From an uncultured Gemmatimonadales bacterium (GTDB lineage Bacteria > Gemmatimonadota > Gemmatimonadetes > Longimicrobiales > Longimicrobiaceae), in contig OY970303.1 of the NCBI GenBank assembly GCA_963716255.1, positions 608,001-672,000 of the forward strand: 64,000 bases of DNA. Direction: 5' to 3'. Every line of letters starts with the position of its first letter. Position 1 is the stretch's first letter. The notes beneath the pieces are model-generated. The model was given only the letters and a program-made list of their open reading frames with translations. It had not been told where the DNA came from and made no database searches. The position numbers were made by a program, and so were the translations under genes. Below, in pieces: positions 10,877 to 22,615 of the stretch.

Positions 10877-11182
10877 CTACCAGCGCAGGAGTCTGAAGTT
10901 CTTGACGTCCACCGACTCCGAGTGCCGGAAGACGGAGATGATGATGGCCAGCCCCACCGCGGCCTCCGCGGCCGCCACGGCGATCACGAAGAACACGTAC
11001 ACCTGCCCCTGCACCCCCGCGTACGGGGCGAGCCCCACGAAGGCCAGGTTCACGGCGTTGAGCATCAGCTCCACGCACATGAAGAGGATGATCGCGTTGC
11101 GGCGGATCACCACGCCCAGGGTGCCCACGGAGAACAGGATCGCGCTCAGCGCCAGGACCCAGCTCAGCGGAATGTCGGTCAC
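10877..11182 (-). CDS. nuoK: NADH-quinone oxidoreductase subunit K
   Basis: [11 protein letters not shown] and [10 protein letters not shown] motifs. Confidence 0.96.
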   Translation of the reverse strand: MTDIPLSWVLALSAILFSVGTLGVVIRRNAIILFMCVELMLNAVNLAFVGLAPYAGVQGQVYVFFVIAVAAAEAAVGLAIIISVFRHSESVDVKNFRLLRW

Positions 11183-11191
11183 GGGATCTCC

Positions 11192-11728
<537 letters not shown>

Positions 11729-11733
11729 GGTTT

Positions 11734-11870
11734 GGGCGAATCCCCGGCCGATACTGCCCGGCCGGGGACCGGGCTCTATTCTGCTGGACACGAAACTACC
11801 GTGTCCAGCAGAACGGAGCCGCCGGAAACAGCCCCGGCGTCTCCGCCCTTCGGGTTACGATCCCTTTCGC
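11734..11870. repeat. Structured repeat family C, left copy of inverted pair
   Basis: Near reverse complement of 11989-12124. Confidence 0.92.
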
Positions 11871-11988
11871 ACGGGCGCCCTCCGGCGCCCCGCGCTGCCG
11901 GCGCGAGCCGGCAGGAAACTACAGCCGTCCGCAGGACGGCACAGCCCGGTCCTTCCCACCGTCTTCCCCGCCCCACCCGCGAGCCCCC

Positions 11989-12124
11989 GCGAAAGCGATC
12001 GTGACCCGAAGGGCGGAGACTCGCCGGCAGTTTGGCGAGGCTCCGTTCTCCTGGACACGGTCGTTTCGTGTCCAGGAGAATAGAGCGCGGTCCCCGGCCG
12101 GCAGTATCGGCCGGGGATTCGCCC
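11989..12124. repeat. Structured repeat family C, right copy of inverted pair
   Basis: GCGAAAGCGATCGTGACCCGAAGGGCGGAGAC...GGATTCGCCC. Confidence 0.92.
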
Positions 12125-12135
12125 GGATCCCCGTC

Positions 12136-12648
12136 CTATTCAGACGCCGGATCCGAGGGATCCCACAGCGCGGTCACCGGGTGCGGCTGCTTCATGAGCC
12201 GGTCCAGGTCGTACACGAACCGCTCGCGCGTGTACTCCGCGTTCTCGTAGTGCTGGCCCACGTGGATCGCCTCCACCGGGCACACCTCCTGGCACATCCC
12301 GCAGAAGATGCAGCGGAACTCGTCGATCTCGTAGACGATGGGGTAGCGGTTCCCCTGGTCGTCCTCGCCGGGCACCAGCTTGATGCAGTTGGCCGGGCAG
12401 ATGGTGGGGCACAGGCCGCACGCCACGCACTTGGGGCGCCCGTCCTCGTGCGTCTCCATGACGTGCGTGCCCCGCCAGCGCGGCGAGATGTCCTTCTTCT
12501 GCTCGGGGTACTGGATAACCAGCTCGCTCCGGTCGCCGGCCGCCTTGGCCATGTGCCGGAAGGTGAGCGCCATCCCCTTGAGCGTGGCCCGGATGTACGA
12601 GGACTTCTTCGCCTCCGGGCGCTTCATCACGCGGACTTTGACTGCCAT
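12136..12648 (-). CDS. nuoI: NADH-quinone oxidoreductase subunit I
   Basis: Two CxxCxxCxxxCP motifs (CVACGLCPTICP, CIFCGMCQEVCP). Confidence 0.96.
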   Translation of the reverse strand: MAVKVRVMKRPEAKKSSYIRATLKGMALTFRHMAKAAGDRSELVIQYPEQKKDISPRWRGTHVMETHEDGRPKCVACGLCPTICPANCIKLVPGEDDQGNRYPIVYEIDEFRCIFCGMCQEVCPVEAIHVGQHYENAEYTRERFVYDLDRLMKQPHPVTALWDPSDPASE

Positions 12649-12662
12649 GTGCTTGTCTGTCC

Positions 12663-13994
12663 TTATACCCGTTGAACGGGAGCGGCCGGCCGCTGCGGCG
12701 GCACGGGAACGGCGCGCTGCCGCGCCACCTCGCGGGGGAGCCGGTGCCGCTCGCGCGGGCCGGTGCCGGCCAGGGTGTGGCCGCGGTCCATGAGCCAGAG
12801 GATGGCGGCGAGCATCACCCCGTTCACCGCCGCGAGCACCAGCCCGTACACCGGGAGGAAGCCGTACATCAGGTCGGTGGGCTCCACGCCGGCGCTGTCC
12901 AGCCCCAGGACGGTCGCGGCGGTCACCACCAGCGCGGCGAGCGCGGTGGGAAGCATGATCTTCCACCCCAGGTCCATCACCTGGTCGTAGCGGAAGCGCG
13001 GCACCGTCCAGCGCACCAGCATGAAGACCATGATGAAGAAGAAGGTCTTCGCGCCGAACGCCAGCAGCGTGAGGAGGGTCTTCCACACCGCCGGCTCCGC
13101 GCCGATCACCGTCCCGGCGGGCCCCACCACCATGTCGTCGAACGAGCCGGGGATGTCCCAGCCGCCCAGGAAGAGCGTCGCCATCAGCGCCGAGATGGTG
13201 AGCACGTGCGCGTACTCGGCGATGAAGAACATGGAGAACTTCATGGCCGAGTACTCGGTGTGGTACCCGGTCACCAGCTCCGACTCGGCCTCGGGGAGGT
13301 CGAAGGGGAGGCGGTTGGTCTCGGCGAAGGCGGCGATCCAGAAGAAGAAGAAGGACACGGAGAGCGGGAGCGCGAACCACAGGTTCATGCGCTGCTGCGC
13401 CCACACCACCTCCGGCAGGCCGACATTTCCGACCAGAAAGAACACGCTCATCAGCGACAGCCCCAGCGCGATCTCGTAGGAGATCATCTGCGCGCCGGCG
13501 CGGAGCCCGCCCAGCAGCGCATACTTGTTGGAGCTGGCCCAGCCGGCGAGCACGATGCCGTACACCCCCAGCGACGAGAACGCCAGCAGGAACAGGATCC
13601 CGATGGGCACGTCGGCCACCACCATGGAGACGATCCCCCAGCGGGTGGGGAGCGGCGCGGCGAAGGGGATCACCGCGAAGGTGACCATCGCCGGGGTGAT
13701 GGAAAGCATGGGCGCCAGGTTGAAGAACACCCGGTTGGCCTCCGCCGGGTCGCTCTCCTCCTTGAGGATGTTCTTGACGCCGTCGGCGGCGGGCTGCAGC
13801 AGGCCGCCGGGGCCCACGCGGTTGGGACCCATGCGGTCCTGCATCCACGCGCTGACCTTGCGCTCCAGCAGCGTGAGCATCGCCACGGTCACCAGCAGCA
13901 CCAGGAACACCACGAGCACCCGAATCGCCATGAAGATCAGGAACGCGATGTCGCCCAGCTCCCCGATCCGGTGGATCGGCAGTCCGTCCATCAT
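12663..13994 (-). CDS. nuoH: NADH-quinone oxidoreductase subunit H
   Basis: ERKVSAWMQDRMGPN, AETNRLPFDLPEAESELV and PRFRYDQ motifs. Confidence 0.96.
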   Translation of the reverse strand: MMDGLPIHRIGELGDIAFLIFMAIRVLVVFLVLLVTVAMLTLLERKVSAWMQDRMGPNRVGPGGLLQPAADGVKNILKEESDPAEANRVFFNLAPMLSITPAMVTFAVIPFAAPLPTRWGIVSMVVADVPIGILFLLAFSSLGVYGIVLAGWASSNKYALLGGLRAGAQMISYEIALGLSLMSVFFLVGNVGLPEVVWAQQRMNLWFALPLSVSFFFFWIAAFAETNRLPFDLPEAESELVTGYHTEYSAMKFSMFFIAEYAHVLTISALMATLFLGGWDIPGSFDDMVVGPAGTVIGAEPAVWKTLLTLLAFGAKTFFFIMVFMLVRWTVPRFRYDQVMDLGWKIMLPTALAALVVTAATVLGLDSAGVEPTDLMYGFLPVYGLVLAAVNGVMLAAILWLMDRGHTLAGTGPRERHRLPREVARQRAVPVPPQRPAAPVQRV

Positions 13995-14019
13995 CGTTGG
14001 CCTTGCAGGTGGTGTTTGG

Positions 14020-15639
14020 TCAGGCCGGGCCGCCGGCCTCGGCCAGCGCCCGCGGCTCCGGGAGCGGCCGCCCCTCGGTGCCCAGGTCGGCCCAGTCCAG
14101 CCCGGCGAACTCCGCCCGCAGCCCGCCGAGCGCCGCGAAGGCGTCGGCCGGGGTGCCGGGGACCTCGCCGCCGGTCATGCCGGCGTGCAGCACGCCCAGG
14201 ATCTGCCACGCGGGGCGCGCCATGCCGGGGGCCCGCAGCGCGGGCCAGAAGCGCTGCACGCGCCGCTGCACGTTGGTGAAGCTCCCCTCCATCTCGGCGA
14301 ACGTCGTCGCCGGGAGCACCACGTGCGCGTTGCGCGCCGCGGGCGACAGGAAGTGCCCCACGTACACGAACAGCCCCGCCGCCGCGCCGAAGTCCGCCGG
14401 GGCGTCCGCCAGCTCGTCGCCCAGCACGAAGAGCACGCCGGTGTGCCCGGCGGCGCTCTCCAGCCCGCCGTGGGCCGCGGCGTCGCCCTCGCGCTTGAAG
14501 CCGAGGAACTCCGCGCCGGCGGTGTTGGGCGAGCGGTCCTCGCGCAGCGCCAGCGTGGGGAAGCCGGGGAGGACCACTTCCTCGCCCCGCTCGGCGCGGA
14601 ACACGCCGCCACCGGAGCCGTGGGCGTCCAGCACCCGGCGCAGGGCGCCCAGGTCCTCGTTTGCCGCGAAGGGCGAGACTACCGCGCGCGCCTCGCCGGT
14701 CGCCGCGCCGATCCGCTCCACCAGCCGGGTCAGCGCCTCGGACCACGACACGGGGACGAAGCGGTCTCCGTCGCGCACCAGCGGCGCCTCGATGCGGCCC
14801 CCGCGGTTGATCCACGCGTAGTTGAGCCGGCCGTAGTCGCACATCCAGTGCGAGTTGACGGCCTCGTTGGTGCGCGGCTTGATCCGCATCACCTCGTTGT
14901 CGCGCGTCTCCAGGCGGACGTTGCACCCCTGCGAGCAGTTGGGGCACACCGAGGGGACGCGGTCCAGGTCCCAGGCGCGCGCCTTGTGCAGGAAGTCCTT
15001 GGACACCAGCGCGCCCACCGGGCACAGGTCGACGACGTTGTCGGCCCAGACGTTCCCGTCCAGCCCCTCGTCGAAGAAGGTGTCGATGACGCTGCGGTGG
15101 CCGCGCTGCACCACCGTCAGCCGCTCGTCCTGCGCGACCTCGCGCATGAAGCGCACGCAGCGGGTGCACATGACGCAGCGGTCGGCGTAGAAGAGCACGT
15201 CGCCGCCGAAGTCGTCGCGCCCAAGAACGCGCTTCGCCTCCTGCGAGCGGCCCATGGGGCGGCCCTCGGCGGAGGTGTAGTCCTGGAGCTTGCACTCGCC
15301 CGCCTGGTCGCAGACCGGGCAGTCGAGCGGGTGGTTCACCAGGTAGAACTCCAGCACCCCGTTCCGCGCCTGGAGCGACTTCTCGCTCTGGGTGTGGATG
15401 ACGTTGCCCTCGGCCACCGTGGCGGTGCACGACGGCACCAGCTTGGGGGCCTTCTCCACCTCCACCAGGCACATGCGGCACTGGGCCGGGGAGGAGAGCC
15501 CCGGGTGGTAGCAGTAGTGGGGGACGTCCACGCCCACGCGCGCGGCGGCGTCGATGATCCGCGTCCCCTTGGGGACGGTGATCTCGATTCCGTCGATGGT
15601 GCAGTTCACGGTGTCGACCGTGGGATTTGGGTCGGCCAA
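14020..15639 (-). CDS. nuoG: NADH-quinone oxidoreductase subunit G (short form, 539 aa)
   Basis: CYH...CRMC, HPLDCPVCDQAGECKLQ and CVMCTRCVRF motifs; TTG start at 15639 with GGAGG upstream. Confidence 0.93.
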   Translation of the reverse strand: MADPNPTVDTVNCTIDGIEITVPKGTRIIDAAARVGVDVPHYCYHPGLSSPAQCRMCLVEVEKAPKLVPSCTATVAEGNVIHTQSEKSLQARNGVLEFYLVNHPLDCPVCDQAGECKLQDYTSAEGRPMGRSQEAKRVLGRDDFGGDVLFYADRCVMCTRCVRFMREVAQDERLTVVQRGHRSVIDTFFDEGLDGNVWADNVVDLCPVGALVSKDFLHKARAWDLDRVPSVCPNCSQGCNVRLETRDNEVMRIKPRTNEAVNSHWMCDYGRLNYAWINRGGRIEAPLVRDGDRFVPVSWSEALTRLVERIGAATGEARAVVSPFAANEDLGALRRVLDAHGSGGGVFRAERGEEVVLPGFPTLALREDRSPNTAGAEFLGFKREGDAAAHGGLESAAGHTGVLFVLGDELADAPADFGAAAGLFVYVGHFLSPAARNAHVVLPATTFAEMEGSFTNVQRRVQRFWPALRAPGMARPAWQILGVLHAGMTGGEVPGTPADAFAALGGLRAEFAGLDWADLGTEGRPLPEPRALAEAGGPA

Positions 15640-15671
15640 CTCGGCCTCCGTGTCGGTTTGGATTCTCGCCG

Positions 15672-16967
<1,296 letters not shown>

Positions 16968-16974
16968 GGCGCCT

Positions 16975-17694
16975 CTACTTCAGTCTTTCGAGAAGGGCCG
17001 GGACGTTTTCCGGCCTCACGTTCTCGAAGTAACGGTCGTTGATCTGCACCGCGGTGGGGAAGCCGCAGGCGCCCAGGCACTCCACCTCCATGACCGTGTA
17101 GAGCCCGTCCGCCGTGGTCTCGCCCACGTCGGCGCCGGTGGCCTGGAGGAAGGCTTCGAGCACGGCGTCGCCGCCGCACAGGTTGCAGGAGATGTTGGTG
17201 CACACCTGGATCAGGTACTTCCCGACCGGGCCCAGGTTGTACATGGTGTAGAAGGTCGCCACCCCGCGCACGTACGCCGGGGAAAGGCCCAGCCGCTCCG
17301 CCACCTCGTCCATGGTTTCGGGCGACAGGAAGCCGCGGATCTCGTGCGCCATGTGCAGCACGGGGAGCAGCGCGGCCTGCGCGTCCGGGTAGCGCTCCAG
17401 GATCTTGCCCACGCGCTCGCCGTACTCGCCCTCGAAGAGCGGGGCCGTGGGGACACTGGTGGACACCTGGTACGGCAGGGTCCCCGCGACCGCCGGGTTG
17501 CCGCCGTGGCGCGGGCGGATGCCCACGTACGCGTTGCCGCGCACGTCCGCCTCGCTGAGGGCGGGGAACTCGCCGGTGTCGCCCGCGAAGCCCGGGTTCT
17601 GCAGGGCCTGCGGCCAGGACGAGGGCGGCGAGTCGAAGCCGCCGTGGCCAGCAGCATTCTGCGCGGCTGCGCCGCTTAGTCCCTGCGGGTTCAT
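16975..17694 (-). CDS. nuoE: NADH-quinone oxidoreductase subunit E
   Basis: VATFYTMY, CTNISC and ECLGAC motifs; ATGA overlap with the nuoD stop. Confidence 0.94.
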   Translation of the reverse strand: MNPQGLSGAAAQNAAGHGGFDSPPSSWPQALQNPGFAGDTGEFPALSEADVRGNAYVGIRPRHGGNPAVAGTLPYQVSTSVPTAPLFEGEYGERVGKILERYPDAQAALLPVLHMAHEIRGFLSPETMDEVAERLGLSPAYVRGVATFYTMYNLGPVGKYLIQVCTNISCNLCGGDAVLEAFLQATGADVGETTADGLYTVMEVECLGACGFPTAVQINDRYFENVRPENVPALLERLK

Positions 17695-18980
17695 CGGTCG
17701 ATCTCCCCGAGGACGATGTCGAGCGACGCGTTCACCGCGATCACGTCCGAGAGGAGCGCCCCCTCGATCATGTGCGGGAGCGCCGCGATGTTGATGAAGG
17801 ACGGGCCGCGCACGCGCCAGCGCACCGGCTTGGCGCCGCCGTCGGAAACCACGTACATCCCCAGCTCGCCCTTGGACGACTCCACCGAGAACCACGACTC
17901 GCCCACCGGGGCGCGGACCCCCTCCATGACCACCTTGAAGTGGTGGATCATGGATTCCATGTCGTTCATCGCCGCCGTCTTGGAGGGCAGGATGACGCGC
18001 GGGTCGTCCACGTTGATGGGGCCGCCGGGGAGCCGGTCGATGGCCTGCTGGAGGATGCGCAGGCTCTGCCGCATCTCCTCCATGCGGCACAGGTAGCGGT
18101 CGTAGATGTCCCCGTGCTCGCCGATGGGGACCTCGAAGTCGTACGTCTCGTAGTCGTAGTACGGGCGGTCCTTGCGGATGTCGTAGTCCACCCCGGAGGC
18201 GCGCAGGTTGGGGCCCGAGAGCCCCCAGTTGACCGCGTCCTCGGCGGAGATGGCGCCCACGCCCTGCGTCCGGCCGATCCAGATGCCGTTGTTGGTGAGC
18301 AGGGTGTCCACCTCCTCGAGCGTGCGCGGGAAGGTGTCCACGAACTCCTGCAGCTTCTCGATCCACCCGGACGGCAGGTCCGCCATCATCCCCCCGATGC
18401 GGGTGGACGAGGTGGTGATGCGCGCGCCGGTGAACGACTCGTGCAGGTCGTAGATGCGCTCGCGCTCCTGGAAGGTGTACAGGAAGACGGTGAACGCTCC
18501 CAGGTCGATCCCCGTGGTCCCCAGCCAGAGCAGGTGCGAGAAGATGCGGTCCAGCTCCATGCAGATGACGCGGACCACCTTGCAGCGCTCGGTGACCGTG
18601 ATCCCCATGAGCTTCTCGACCGCCATGGCGTAGGCGCAGTTGTAGATCAGCGGCGCCAGGTAGTCCATACGGTCGGTGAGGGGGATGATCTGGTTCCAGT
18701 CCCGGTACTCCCCCAGCTTCTCGAACGAGGAGTGCAGGTAGCCGATGTGCGGGATGCACCGCACCACCGTCTCGCCGTCCAGCTCCAGGACCAGGCGGAG
18801 CACCCCGTGGGTGGCGGGGTGCTGCGGCCCGATGTTGATGAGCATGTGCTCGCCCGCGATGTCCTCGTGCACGTGCACCGACTCGCCCTCCAGCGGGACG
18901 ATGGGGGCGTGCACCAGGCTCCCCCCAGCGCTCAGCTCCGGGTTGCGGGTGACGTTGTAAACGACCTTGCGGAGCGCCAT
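17691..18980 (-). CDS. nuoD: NADH-quinone oxidoreductase subunit D
   Basis: NIGPQHPATHGVLRL, DRMDY and DIVLGEIDR motifs. Confidence 0.97.
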   Translation of the reverse strand: MALRKVVYNVTRNPELSAGGSLVHAPIVPLEGESVHVHEDIAGEHMLINIGPQHPATHGVLRLVLELDGETVVRCIPHIGYLHSSFEKLGEYRDWNQIIPLTDRMDYLAPLIYNCAYAMAVEKLMGITVTERCKVVRVICMELDRIFSHLLWLGTTGIDLGAFTVFLYTFQERERIYDLHESFTGARITTSSTRIGGMMADLPSGWIEKLQEFVDTFPRTLEEVDTLLTNNGIWIGRTQGVGAISAEDAVNWGLSGPNLRASGVDYDIRKDRPYYDYETYDFEVPIGEHGDIYDRYLCRMEEMRQSLRILQQAIDRLPGGPINVDDPRVILPSKTAAMNDMESMIHHFKVVMEGVRAPVGESWFSVESSKGELGMYVVSDGGAKPVRWRVRGPSFINIAALPHMIEGALLSDVIAVNASLDIVLGEIDR

Positions 18981-19711
18981 CAGCCTCCTCCTCCCATGCC
19001 GCCGAACTGCCCGTGCTGCTCGGCGCCCTCGGTCCCGGCGAAGGGGTCGGGCACCGGCTGGTTCAGTGCGTGCGCGATCTGCAGCTCGCGCGGCGAGTAG
19101 TGGTCCTCGGTCTTGAGCGCCAGGGCCCGCCGCGTCTGCTCCGCGCGCGAGAAGCGTCCGCGCAGCGGAAAGTCCTTACGCAGGGGGTGCCCCTCGGCGT
19201 AGTTGTAGGGCATGAGGATGCGCCGCAGGTCCGGGTGCCCGTTGAAGACCACGCCGAACATGTCGAACACCTCGCGCTCCAGCCAGTCGGAGGCGCGCCA
19301 CAGGTGGTAGACGCTGTCGATCTCCAGCGCCTCCAGCGGCACCTCGGCCTTGACCCGCAGGTTCAGCTTGGTCCTGGTGGACCAGAGCTGCCAGACCACC
19401 TGCAGGAAGCGGCCGTTGCCCCAGTCGATGGCCGTGAGGTCCTGGAGGAAGTCGTACTGGTGGCCGGGGGCGTCCTTGAGCCACGCCAGCACTTCGCGCG
19501 CTCGCGCGGGCTGCACGTACACCACGTGCTCGTCGCCCGCGGTGAGCTCGTGCCGCAGCACCGCGTCGCCGAACTCTTCGCGCAGCGCGTCCACGCTGGC
19601 GTGCGGGGGGAGGTCGCCCGCGGGGGGCGGGACGCCCGGCTCCTCGCGCGGGGAGCCCGCGGCGCCCGCGTCCAGCCCTTCCAGGCCCTTCTTGAACGAG
19701 TCGTTCGCCAT
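18980..19711 (-). CDS. nuoC: NADH-quinone oxidoreductase subunit C
   Basis: EREVFDMFGV..GHPDLRRIL and GHPLRKDFP motifs. Confidence 0.95.
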   Translation of the reverse strand: MANDSFKKGLEGLDAGAAGSPREEPGVPPPAGDLPPHASVDALREEFGDAVLRHELTAGDEHVVYVQPARAREVLAWLKDAPGHQYDFLQDLTAIDWGNGRFLQVVWQLWSTRTKLNLRVKAEVPLEALEIDSVYHLWRASDWLEREVFDMFGVVFNGHPDLRRILMPYNYAEGHPLRKDFPLRGRFSRAEQTRRALALKTEDHYSPRELQIAHALNQPVPDPFAGTEGAEQHGQFGGMGGGG

Positions 19712-19725
19712 GTTCGTCGGGCGCT

Positions 19726-20421
19726 TCAAGGACGGCGGTCGGCCGGCCGCACGACCGCACCGGTGGACACGAGGCCGCTGGTGCGGTTCTGCCGGGTGGA
19801 GTTGCCGAAGGGCGCGGTGATCCCTTCGATCACCTCGTCCGGGAGCACGGAGTCGGCCAGCGGCAGGGCGTCCACGGTGTTCCACTCGCGCTGCGAGGTG
19901 GGCGCCGAGTTGCGGATCTTCTCCTGCACCATGAGGATGCCGTACATCAGCCCCTCGGGGCGCGGCGGGCACCCGGGGACGTAGACGTCCACGGGGATGA
20001 TGGTGTCGATCCCCTGCACCATGCTGTACACGTCGAAGACGCCGCCCGAGGAGGCGCAGGCGCCCATGGAGATGCACCACTTGGGCTCGGGCATCTGCTC
20101 CCAGATACGCCGCAGCACCGGCGCCATCTTGTAGGAGACGCGCCCGGCGCAGATGAGCAGATCGGCCTGCCGGGGGGAGAAGCTCATGCGCTCCATCCCG
20201 AAGCGGGCCAGGTCGTAGCGGGTGGCGGCGGTGGCCATCATCTCGATGGCGCAGCACGCGGTCCCGAAGGGCATGGGCCAGAGCGAGTTCTGCCGGGCCC
20301 AGTTCACCACCGCGTCCACGCGGGTGGTGAGGAAGCTGGGCGCCCCGGAGAAGATGCCGCCCTGGGGTGCCTCGGACCCGTCCTGGTGGACGGGGAGGCC
20401 GCCGTCGTCGTTCAGTTCCAT
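19726..20421 (-). CDS. nuoB: NADH-quinone oxidoreductase subunit B
   Basis: [22 protein letters not shown] and PGCPPRPE motifs. Confidence 0.97.
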   Translation of the reverse strand: MELNDDGGLPVHQDGSEAPQGGIFSGAPSFLTTRVDAVVNWARQNSLWPMPFGTACCAIEMMATAATRYDLARFGMERMSFSPRQADLLICAGRVSYKMAPVLRRIWEQMPEPKWCISMGACASSGGVFDVYSMVQGIDTIIPVDVYVPGCPPRPEGLMYGILMVQEKIRNSAPTSQREWNTVDALPLADSVLPDEVIEGITAPFGNSTRQNRTSGLVSTGAVVRPADRRP

Positions 20422-20768
20422 TCGAGCGCTCCCTTCTTCCACTCGTAGATCAGCCCCACCGTGAGGATGAAGATGAAGATCCCGGCCGCGGCGAAGCCGT
20501 CCCAGCCCAGGTAGCGCATCTTCACGGCCCAGGGGAGCAGGAAAACGGTCTCCACGTCGAAGACGATGAACAGGATCGCGACCACGTAGAACTTGACCGA
20601 GAACCGCTCCCGCGTGCTCCCGAGCGGGTCCATCCCCGACTCGTAGGGCGACGACTTGACCTTTAGGTACCCGCCCGGGCTCAGCACCTTGGAGAGCACG
20701 ACCATGCCCACCGCCTGCGCGGCGGAAAGGACCAGCATGAGCAGGATCGGCGTGTACGAGCGTAGCAT
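20412..20768 (-). CDS. nuoA: NADH-quinone oxidoreductase subunit A
   Basis: [19 protein letters not shown] and [10 protein letters not shown] motifs. Confidence 0.96.
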   Translation of the reverse strand: MLRSYTPILLMLVLSAAQAVGMVVLSKVLSPGGYLKVKSSPYESGMDPLGSTRERFSVKFYVVAILFIVFDVETVFLLPWAVKMRYLGWDGFAAAGIFIFILTVGLIYEWKKGALEWN

Positions 20769-20799
20769 GGCGCGGTCCGGGTGCCGGGCTTGCGAAAGC

Positions 20800-20817
20800 T
20801 TGTGAAATCGTTCACTT
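20800..20817. promoter_or_regulatory. Rex-type operator upstream of nuoA
   Basis: TTGTGAAATCGTTCACTT versus the Rex consensus TTGTGAA-N4-TTCACAA. Confidence 0.65.
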
Positions 20818-20831
20818 GCGAGAGACGGGTC

Positions 20832-20860
20832 AAAATACGGTCCCCGCCACCCGCGGTCAA
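20832..20860 (-). promoter_or_regulatory. Putative sigma70 promoter of the nuo operon
   Basis: TTGACC-N17-TATTTT on the minus strand. Confidence 0.6.
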
Positions 20861-21019
20861 GGCGAACTCCCCGCCCCCGCGGCCCTTGCCCGGGCGCGGG
20901 GAGCGGCGGTAAGTTGGCGTCTCGGTCCGCCCTCCCTACCCCCGGTCCCGCGGCCCGTTCGTTCGGGGCCTCTTCGGTCCTGCCGGGAACTCCTGGCTCC
21001 GCTTCATTAATCGTTCCAG

Positions 21020-21580
21020 ATGAGCATCAAGCCCGACCACTGGATCCGGACGATGGCCCGCGAGCACGGGATGATCGATCCGTACGAGGACGCCCAGGTG
21101 CGGCGGGGGACGATCTCGTACGGGGTGTCGTCGTACGGCTATGACATGCGGGTGGCGAACGAGTTCAAGATCTTCACCAACGTCAACAACGCCATCGTGG
21201 ATCCCAAGGCGTTCGACGAGAAGTCGTTCGTGAACTTCGAGGGCGAGGTGTGCATCGTCCCGCCCAACTCGTTCGCGCTGGCCCGCTCGGTGGAGTACTT
21301 CCGCATCCCGCGCAACGTGTTCACGCTGTGCGTGGGCAAGAGCACCTATGCGCGCTGCGGGATCATCACCAACGTCACGCCCTTCGAGCCGGAATGGGAG
21401 GGCTACGTGACGCTGGAGATCTCCAACACCACGCCGCTCCCCGCGCGGGTGTACGCCAACGAGGGGATCGCGCAGGTGATCTTCTTCGAGGCCGGCCCCG
21501 GGGACATCTGCGAGGTGAGCTACGGGGATCGCAAGGGCAAGTACCAGGGCCAGGTCGGCGTCACCACGCCGCGCCTGTAG
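21020..21580 (+). CDS. dcd: dCTP deaminase
   Basis: [28 protein letters not shown] and KYQGQ motifs. Confidence 0.96.
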   Translation: MSIKPDHWIRTMAREHGMIDPYEDAQVRRGTISYGVSSYGYDMRVANEFKIFTNVNNAIVDPKAFDEKSFVNFEGEVCIVPPNSFALARSVEYFRIPRNVFTLCVGKSTYARCGIITNVTPFEPEWEGYVTLEISNTTPLPARVYANEGIAQVIFFEAGPGDICEVSYGDRKGKYQGQVGVTTPRL

Positions 21581-21745
21581 GCGGCTCGATAAATCGCCCA
21601 GCTCTGCGTTGCCCTGCGGGCGGCTCCCTGCGACGTACATGAAGTACGTCTCGGTCGCCGTCCTCGGGCGCCTTGATCTGCACGATTTCTCTTCGCCTCA
21701 CCCGGTGAGGCAGTGAACGGCCGGAAGGCCCGGCAGTCCGTTGTA

Positions 21746-21899
21746 GTTCCGCAGTACCCACATAATCCGTTGCGGAGGGAGACAGCCGGCAGTTTGGCTG
21801 GCTCACTCCGGCGCAGGGAGACTCGCCGGCTGTTTGGCGAGGCTCCCGGAGCCCGCGTAGGAAACAGGCCGGCAGTTTGGCCTGGTTCCGGAGCGGCCC
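21746..21899. repeat. Structured repeat family B, copy 2
   Basis: Highly similar to 1575-1728. Confidence 0.9.
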
Positions 21900-21969
21900 C
21901 GACGCAGCACCCCGACCGGAACACGACCCACCTTCCCACCTTCATAATTCTCCTGCAGGAAAACCCTGA

Positions 21970-22575
21970 ATGAAGCAGAGCGGCGTACATCCAAAGCACA
22001 TCGACGCGATCCGCGAGGTGGTGAACATCGGGGCCGGCCACGCGGCGACCGCGCTCTCCACCATGACCAACGTCACGGTGATGATCTCCGTCCCCCGGAT
22101 CCTGTGGACGGACCGCCCGGCGGACGCGGAGCCGGCGCTGCCGCAGGACGACCGCCTGGTGCTGATCTCCATCCCCGTGGAGGCGAAGTCCTCGGGCGAG
22201 GGCGAGCGCGCCTCGCTGATCATCGGGCGGAGGACGGCAATGCGCATGGTGGGGCTGCTGCTGCGGCGCCAGGTGGACCCGGACGGCGAGCTGGGGATGC
22301 TGGAGCGCTCCACGCTCCAGGAGCTGGGCAACATCGTCTGCGCGTCGTACGTGGGGGTGCTGGGGACCTTCCTGGGCGAGAGCGTGATGATCGGGACGCC
22401 GGAGTTCCGCGAGGGCCCGCACGCGGAGATCGCGGCGGACATGGCCAACGGGCTGGTGATCGAAACGGACTTCACGCTGCAGGATTCCACCTTCGAGGGG
22501 GTGTTCGTGCTCACCCACAGCGAGGTGTCGTTCAACTCGCTGATCGCCGCGCTGGGGCTGTCGGACGTTTCCTGA
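21970..22575 (+). CDS. CheC-like chemotaxis phosphatase
   Basis: DAIREVVNIGAGHAATALS and STLQELGNI (two ExxN motifs). Confidence 0.85.
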   Translation: MKQSGVHPKHIDAIREVVNIGAGHAATALSTMTNVTVMISVPRILWTDRPADAEPALPQDDRLVLISIPVEAKSSGEGERASLIIGRRTAMRMVGLLLRRQVDPDGELGMLERSTLQELGNIVCASYVGVLGTFLGESVMIGTPEFREGPHAEIAADMANGLVIETDFTLQDSTFEGVFVLTHSEVSFNSLIAALGLSDVS

Positions 22576-22615
22576 CGCGCGGCGCGGGGACCGGCCCTTG
22601 CGTGCGCGGGCCGGC

